A DNA stretch of 20,012 bases from an uncultured virus (IMG/VR IMGVR_UViG_3300032321_001470). Taxonomy: Duplodnaviria > Heunggongvirae > Uroviricota > Caudoviricetes. Where the stretch lies: IMG/VR virus record IMGVR_UViG_3300032321_001470, one strand, 5' to 3'. This document shows, piece after piece, positions 16,357-20,012 of this stretch; the first letter of the stretch is position 1; each line of letters begins with the position of its first letter. The notes under the pieces were generated by a model, which was given only the letters and a program-made list of their open reading frames with translations, was not told where the DNA came from and did no database searches. The position numbers were made by a program, and so were the translations under genes.

Positions 16357-16477
16357 AAGCCCCCCCAAGAACCGCCGAGGCTCTTGGGGGGCTTATTATT
16401 TGGGCAAGCCCTCCTCGCCGGGCGAGGAGGGATCAAACAGAAAGCCCCCCGCTGCCGCGTGGCAACGAGGGGCTTCT
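16357..16477. terminator. converging terminators of the two arrays
   Basis: AAGCCCCCCCAAGA...TCTTGGGGGGCTT-ATTATTT (+) and AAGCCCCC...GGGGCTT at 16442-16476 (-). Confidence 0.7.
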
Positions 16478-16480
16478 GGT

Positions 16481-16711
16481 TTAGTCGCCTCCTGGAAGCG
16501 GGTCGGTATCCGTTCCGATAAACCCACGCTCGGGGCTAATCCTGCGCTTGGTGCGCTCCCAAGCGTCATCTTCTTCCGCAATAGAATCGGCGTATTCCAC
16601 CGCCCATTTCTCGTAATAGGAATCGCGTCCTTCTACGCACGCAGCGCAGATAGTTGATAGTGGCTCAAACTCGTTGAAGAAATCAACGCCACAATCTTGG
16701 CACGCTACCAT
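16481..16711 (-). CDS. small zinc-finger protein
   Basis: TAAGGAGG RBS; CQDC and CAAC. Confidence 0.75.
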   Translation of the reverse strand: MVACQDCGVDFFNEFEPLSTICAACVEGRDSYYEKWAVEYADSIAEEDDAWERTKRRISPERGFIGTDTDPLPGGD

Positions 16712-16940
16712 TTTATTGCCTCCTTATCGCAACACGGGAAGCCCCGCACCGACATAGTGCCTGAATCGCTGGGTTCATTATAGTTCGTCTGATGCGAGCG
16801 GAGCGAGCGGCAGAACCCTAGGCCAGTTATCTTAGTTAGTTATGCAGTTAGTTATTAGTCGGGTTGGCGAGCTCGAACGAAGTGAGAGAGTCGGGATAGA
16901 CCACCCCACCCACCGCCGAAGCGGTGAGTGGGGTGATGCG

Positions 16941-17285
16941 CTACGCCTGACCGTAGCAGGTCTTCTCCATGTCTAGTGTGTGCGTGAGCCTCTTGGACTC
17001 TTCGCCGCACTCCTCGCACTCCCAATAGCCGAATAGCGAGAGGTCGTCATCACTCGCGTCAGCATAAACGCTGGCGAACTCTGCAATCTCCTCGGCGTAG
17101 TGGTGTGGCTTCTCCATCACATCAACCGCATGGTCGGCGGTATCAGCGCGGCGAGCGTATGATGACGCCCACAACTCTAGCGCGTGCTCATCAGCACCAC
17201 CAGACGCCTCTACGAATCGCCATGTGTGATAGTCCACGACGCTATCGTTGCGCTCCTCTATTGCTTGATTCTTCATGACTCCCAT
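16941..17285 (-). CDS. acidic hypothetical protein (CxxC near C-terminus)
   Basis: TAAGGAGG RBS before MGVMKNQ. Confidence 0.75.
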   Translation of the reverse strand: MGVMKNQAIEERNDSVVDYHTWRFVEASGGADEHALELWASSYARRADTADHAVDVMEKPHHYAEEIAEFASVYADASDDDLSLFGYWECEECGEESKRLTHTLDMEKTCYGQA

Positions 17286-17523
17286 TACTAGCCTCCTTAT
17301 TACTACACGGCATTTGCCGCACCTGAATAATGCCACCGTCGCGTGATTCGTTTAGGTTCCTCTGATAGGCGCGGAGCGCCGAGTCGAACCAGTTATTAGT
17401 CAGTTAGTTATTAGGTTAGTTAGGTCACAGACTGGCGGTCTCGAACGAAGTGAGAGACTCGGGATTGAACCACCACCGCCCAGACCCGATGGTCTGGACG
17501 ATGGTGGAGTGAAGCGGTTGCGA

Positions 17524-17829
17524 CTACTCTTCGTCGCAATCGTCGTCGTATGAACCTAGTTCAATGTCATCGGCGCCGCAATCCTCGCAATCGTACATGC
17601 CGAATTTGCCGATGTCATACAGGAAACTATCATTGCCAAGAGCGATTGCGTAATCCGCAAGACGCTCAAGGTGCTCCTCTGGTCGCAGCGTCATGCTCAC
17701 CACGTCCATGACGTCCAACTTGGCGAACCCTGAACGATTGCGATAGGTGACGAACGACTCAACGATGTCTACGAGCGAGCGGGGATCGCCACCGCTGCCC
17801 ACTGGAGTGAACCGTAAACTATGACCCAT
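17524..17829 (-). CDS. hypothetical protein, paralog of 19089-19385
   Basis: TAGGAGG RBS; shared YDIGKFGxYxCExCxxDDIExGSY tail. Confidence 0.8.
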   Translation of the reverse strand: MGHSLRFTPVGSGGDPRSLVDIVESFVTYRNRSGFAKLDVMDVVSMTLRPEEHLERLADYAIALGNDSFLYDIGKFGMYDCEDCGADDIELGSYDDDCDEE

Positions 17830-18051
17830 TGCTTTACCCTCCTATTCATAACACGGGAAGCCCCGCACCTGAATAATGCCACGAGGGGGTGATTCATTTA
17901 GGTGGTCTCGTTAGGCGCGGAGCGCCGAGTAGAACGGTTAGTTAGTTAGTTATCTTATGGGTTGTCGGTCTCGAACGAAGTGAGAGAGCCGAGATTGAAC
18001 CACCACCGCCAACCGCCGAAGCGGTTGACGATGGTGATTTGCTGTGGCGGT

Positions 18052-18336
18052 CTACTTGAAGGTCGCGAGTTCAGTATTGTACTGCTCCTCGGTGATGACC
18101 TTGGTGCCGCACCCTGGGCACTCTGGGACGTCAGCGTAAACTTCTCTTACGTCCATTTCCTGAACGACGTTCCACGCCTTCATCGCGCGAACGAAATCAG
18201 TGTTGACGACGATTCCCAAATACTTCGGAAGCCCCGCTTCTGCGCAATACTCGCAAACGATTTCGTCGCCCAAGAAGAACGCAACAACGTCCGCTGCGCC
18301 CTCGCCCTTTGCTACAATCTTGATGTACTCCAACAT
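18052..18336 (-). CDS. small zinc-ribbon protein
   Basis: TAAGGAGG RBS; CEYC and CPGC. Confidence 0.75.
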   Translation of the reverse strand: MLEYIKIVAKGEGAADVVAFFLGDEIVCEYCAEAGLPKYLGIVVNTDFVRAMKAWNVVQEMDVREVYADVPECPGCGTKVITEEQYNTELATFK

Positions 18337-18545
18337 TGTTTACCTCCTTATGAAACGCACGGCAACTGCCGCACCAAGAGAATGCCACGGACGAGGTTGT
18401 TGTTTAGGTTGCCTCGTTAGCCGCGGAGCGGCGAGTCGAACCAGTTATTAGTTAGTTATATTACGGGGGTTCGGTATCGAACGAAGTGAGAGAGCCTCGG
18501 TAGACCACCCCGCCCACCGCCGAAGCGGTGAACGGGGTGATGCGA

Positions 18546-18869
18546 CTACTCTTGATCCGTCCAGAAGGCAGCGTCGTCATTGCCCTCCTCGTTCATTCGC
18601 GAGTAGAATGCGCTGCGCTCCTCCTCGATTGCGCGCTCCTCTACGCGAAGAAGAGCCGATCCGTCAAGGCACGCTGCCTCGCACGCTGCGTAGAACTCGT
18701 TGCTGATCAATGCCTGACGCTCGCAGCCGTTGCAATAGCCGTACCACTCTTCGCCGCACTGCTCGTGGTGCATACAATCGTATGGTTCACAGCAGCGCGC
18801 ACGCTCAATGCGGATCACCGTCAACTCGCGTGCCATCTCCTGAACGCTCATTGTTTCCGTGTCTGACAT
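18546..18869 (-). CDS. Cys-rich acidic hypothetical protein
   Basis: TAGGAGG RBS before MSDTETM; CCEPYDCMHHEQC...CNGC. Confidence 0.75.
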   Translation of the reverse strand: MSDTETMSVQEMARELTVIRIERARCCEPYDCMHHEQCGEEWYGYCNGCERQALISNEFYAACEAACLDGSALLRVEERAIEEERSAFYSRMNEEGNDDAAFWTDQE

Positions 18870-19088
18870 CTTGTGCCTCCTATAAACTATACGGCAGGTG
18901 CCGCAGAGAGACAATGACATAGACGCCATTATTGTTTAGGTTCTCCTGATAGACGCGGAGCGTCGGCTCGAACGGTTAGTTAGTTAGTTATCTTATGGAG
19001 TTTCGAGCTCGAACGAAGTGAGAGACTTGGGATGGAACCACCACCGCCCACCGCCGAAGCGGTGAGCGATGGTGGGGTGAAGCGAGTG

Positions 19089-19385
19089 CTACAACTCTTC
19101 TACGCACTCATCGTGGTATGAGCCGTACTCAATGTCATCGTCCTGACACTTCTCGCAATGGTAAGAGCCGAATTTGCCGATGTCATAAATCCAACTATCT
19201 ACGCCAGAATCAATCGCGAACTCCGCGAGCGTTGCCAGACGATCCTCGCGGAACGGATCGAATAGGAAATCCACCATATCGGAAACGTGAACTTTCCGAC
19301 ACTCAAAGTACGCTCTGATAACAGGACGGAGTACGCTGACGTCCTCCCAGACCCCCATACGCGTGAACGCTAACTTATGAGCCAT
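19089..19385 (-). CDS. hypothetical protein, paralog of 17524-17829
   Basis: TAGGAGG RBS; shared C-terminal motif. Confidence 0.8.
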   Translation of the reverse strand: MAHKLAFTRMGVWEDVSVLRPVIRAYFECRKVHVSDMVDFLFDPFREDRLATLAEFAIDSGVDSWIYDIGKFGSYHCEKCQDDDIEYGSYHDECVEEL

Positions 19386-19625
19386 TGCTTTACCCTCCTA
19401 TAAACTACACGGCAACTGCCGCACCTGAATAATGTCATGGACAAGTGATTCGTTTATGTGGGCTCGTTAGGCGCGGAGCGCCGAGTCGAACCAGTTATTG
19501 GTTAGTTACTTAGTTAGTTATCTTATGGGCTGTCGAGCTCGAACAACGTGAGAGAGAGTACCGACCGACCACCCCACCAACCGCGCGTCCGCGGTTGATG
19601 GGGTGATGTCTGGATTCGGCGATGA

Positions 19626-19883
19626 CTACTTGGCGCTCATCACCGTGAAGGTGCCTGCCGCCTTCTCCTTGCGGTACGCCTGCATAAGAGCCTTCTCGGA
19701 CTCTCGGCGAGCCGTTTCCGCGTCGCTCCACACATTGACCAATGAGGCGTAAACCTTATCGGTCAGGTAGTCTGGCTCTGGCTGCCCGTTGAGTTGCGCG
19801 ATGTTCTCCCACGATTGAACATTGCGATACGCTTCGCGCTCCGCGATGAATGATAGAGCGAACAACTTATAGAGTGCGTCCAT
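19626..19883 (-). CDS. hypothetical protein
   Basis: TAGGAGG RBS before MDALYKL. Confidence 0.75.
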   Translation of the reverse strand: MDALYKLFALSFIAEREAYRNVQSWENIAQLNGQPEPDYLTDKVYASLVNVWSDAETARRESEKALMQAYRKEKAAGTFTVMSAK

Positions 19884-20012
19884 ACTGCCTCCTATTTGAT
19901 TCTGTTTCGCGTTGCGATTCACAACGCGGCGAGCGTCCTCGCACCAGAAGAATGCCACGACCGAGTGATTCGTTTAGGTTCACCTGTTAGCCGCGGAGCG
20001 GCGATTCGAACC

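Larger units (their letters stand above)
6146..16438 (+). repeat. dispersed family of 38-bp covarying palindromic cassette-boundary elements (15 copies plus 1 degenerate)
   Basis: Copies at 6146-6183, 7144-7181, 8264-8301, 9321-9358, 10502-10539, 11279-11316, 11889-11926, 12583-12620, 12940-12977, 13393-13430, 13853-13890, 14321-14358, 14892-14929, 15505-15542 and 15909-15946; degenerate copy at about 16402-16438. Consensus GTTN-N3-YYCAAnnnGC-N4-GCnnnTTGRR-NT(A/C)GAAC. Confidence 0.95.
16712..20012. repeat. about 210-245-bp composite intergenic module repeated 7 times between leftward genes
   Basis: Copies at 16712-16940, 17286-17523, 17830-18051, 18337-18545, 18870-19088, 19386-19625 and 19884-end (partial). 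Order on +: RBS', leader hairpin, promoter', GC-GGA-GC hairpin + GAAC, TTAG tract, TCGAACGAAGTGAGAGA, long CGAA hairpin. Confidence 0.95.

Noticed and set aside
6146..16438. CRISPR array (palindromic 38-bp repeats starting GTT and ending GAAC)
   Set aside because: The repeats differ in sequence, are separated by 0.35-1.2 kb of genes rather than 30-40-bp spacers, and no cas gene is present. The GTT...AAC ends do resemble CRISPR repeat ends, but the position just upstream of promoters argues against transcription.
6146..16438. Classical integron with attC sites
   Set aside because: The end order is GTT...AAC, not RYYYAAC...GTTRRRY. There are no extrahelical bases, cassettes carry their own promoters, and no integrase lies in the window. 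Kept only as an analogy.
5667..19958. Upstream starts given by the ORF track (5667, 6217, 7182, 8321, 13856, 17336, 18929, 19958 and others)
   Set aside because: They begin inside promoters or repeat elements; the downstream ATGs preceded by AGGAGG were chosen instead.
6146..20011. LexA SOS boxes (GAAC-N4-GTTC)
   Set aside because: The half-sites are in the opposite order and 26-30 bp apart; GAAC is not followed by GTTC at 4 bp.

Overview
This window looks like part of a dsDNA phage genome. No capsid, terminase or polymerase gene is present, so the phage call is an inference from gene content and layout. Positions 1-3460 hold recognisable auxiliary genes: a glycosyltransferase-like tail, a ParB-N protein, thioredoxin, two HExxH proteins, a stand-alone sigma70 region-4 protein, tRNA-Ile(UAU) and an FmdB zinc ribbon. 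A leftward operon of small genes fills 3655-5572. The rest (5.7-20 kb) consists of two converging arrays of small, self-contained expression cassettes, probably an early or host-takeover region. In the rightward array (6.1-16.4 kb), 15 cassettes each start with a 38-bp element, GTTN-N3-[10-bp arm]-N4-[arm']-NT(A/C)GAAC. The arms differ between copies but are always perfectly complementary. Each element is followed by a TTGAC(A/G)-N17/18-TA(C/T)AAT promoter, and the coding cassettes add a GC stem/RNYU-loop leader hairpin and an AGGAGG RBS. Cargo includes DUF1281/YubB-like, DUF932, RadC/JAB, Sm-like/WYL_2 and DUF3846-like proteins, many tiny acidic Cys-rich proteins, and two candidate structured ncRNAs. 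The leftward array (16.5-20 kb) has 7 cassettes with a different promoter (CTAAAC-N17-CATTMT), a rigidly phased GC-GGA-GC mini-hairpin, TTAG tracts and a conserved TCGAACGAAGTGAGAGA element. The T(A/C)GAAC core lies on the + strand in both arrays whatever the gene direction, which points to a DNA-level polar function such as recombination, nicking or ejection.
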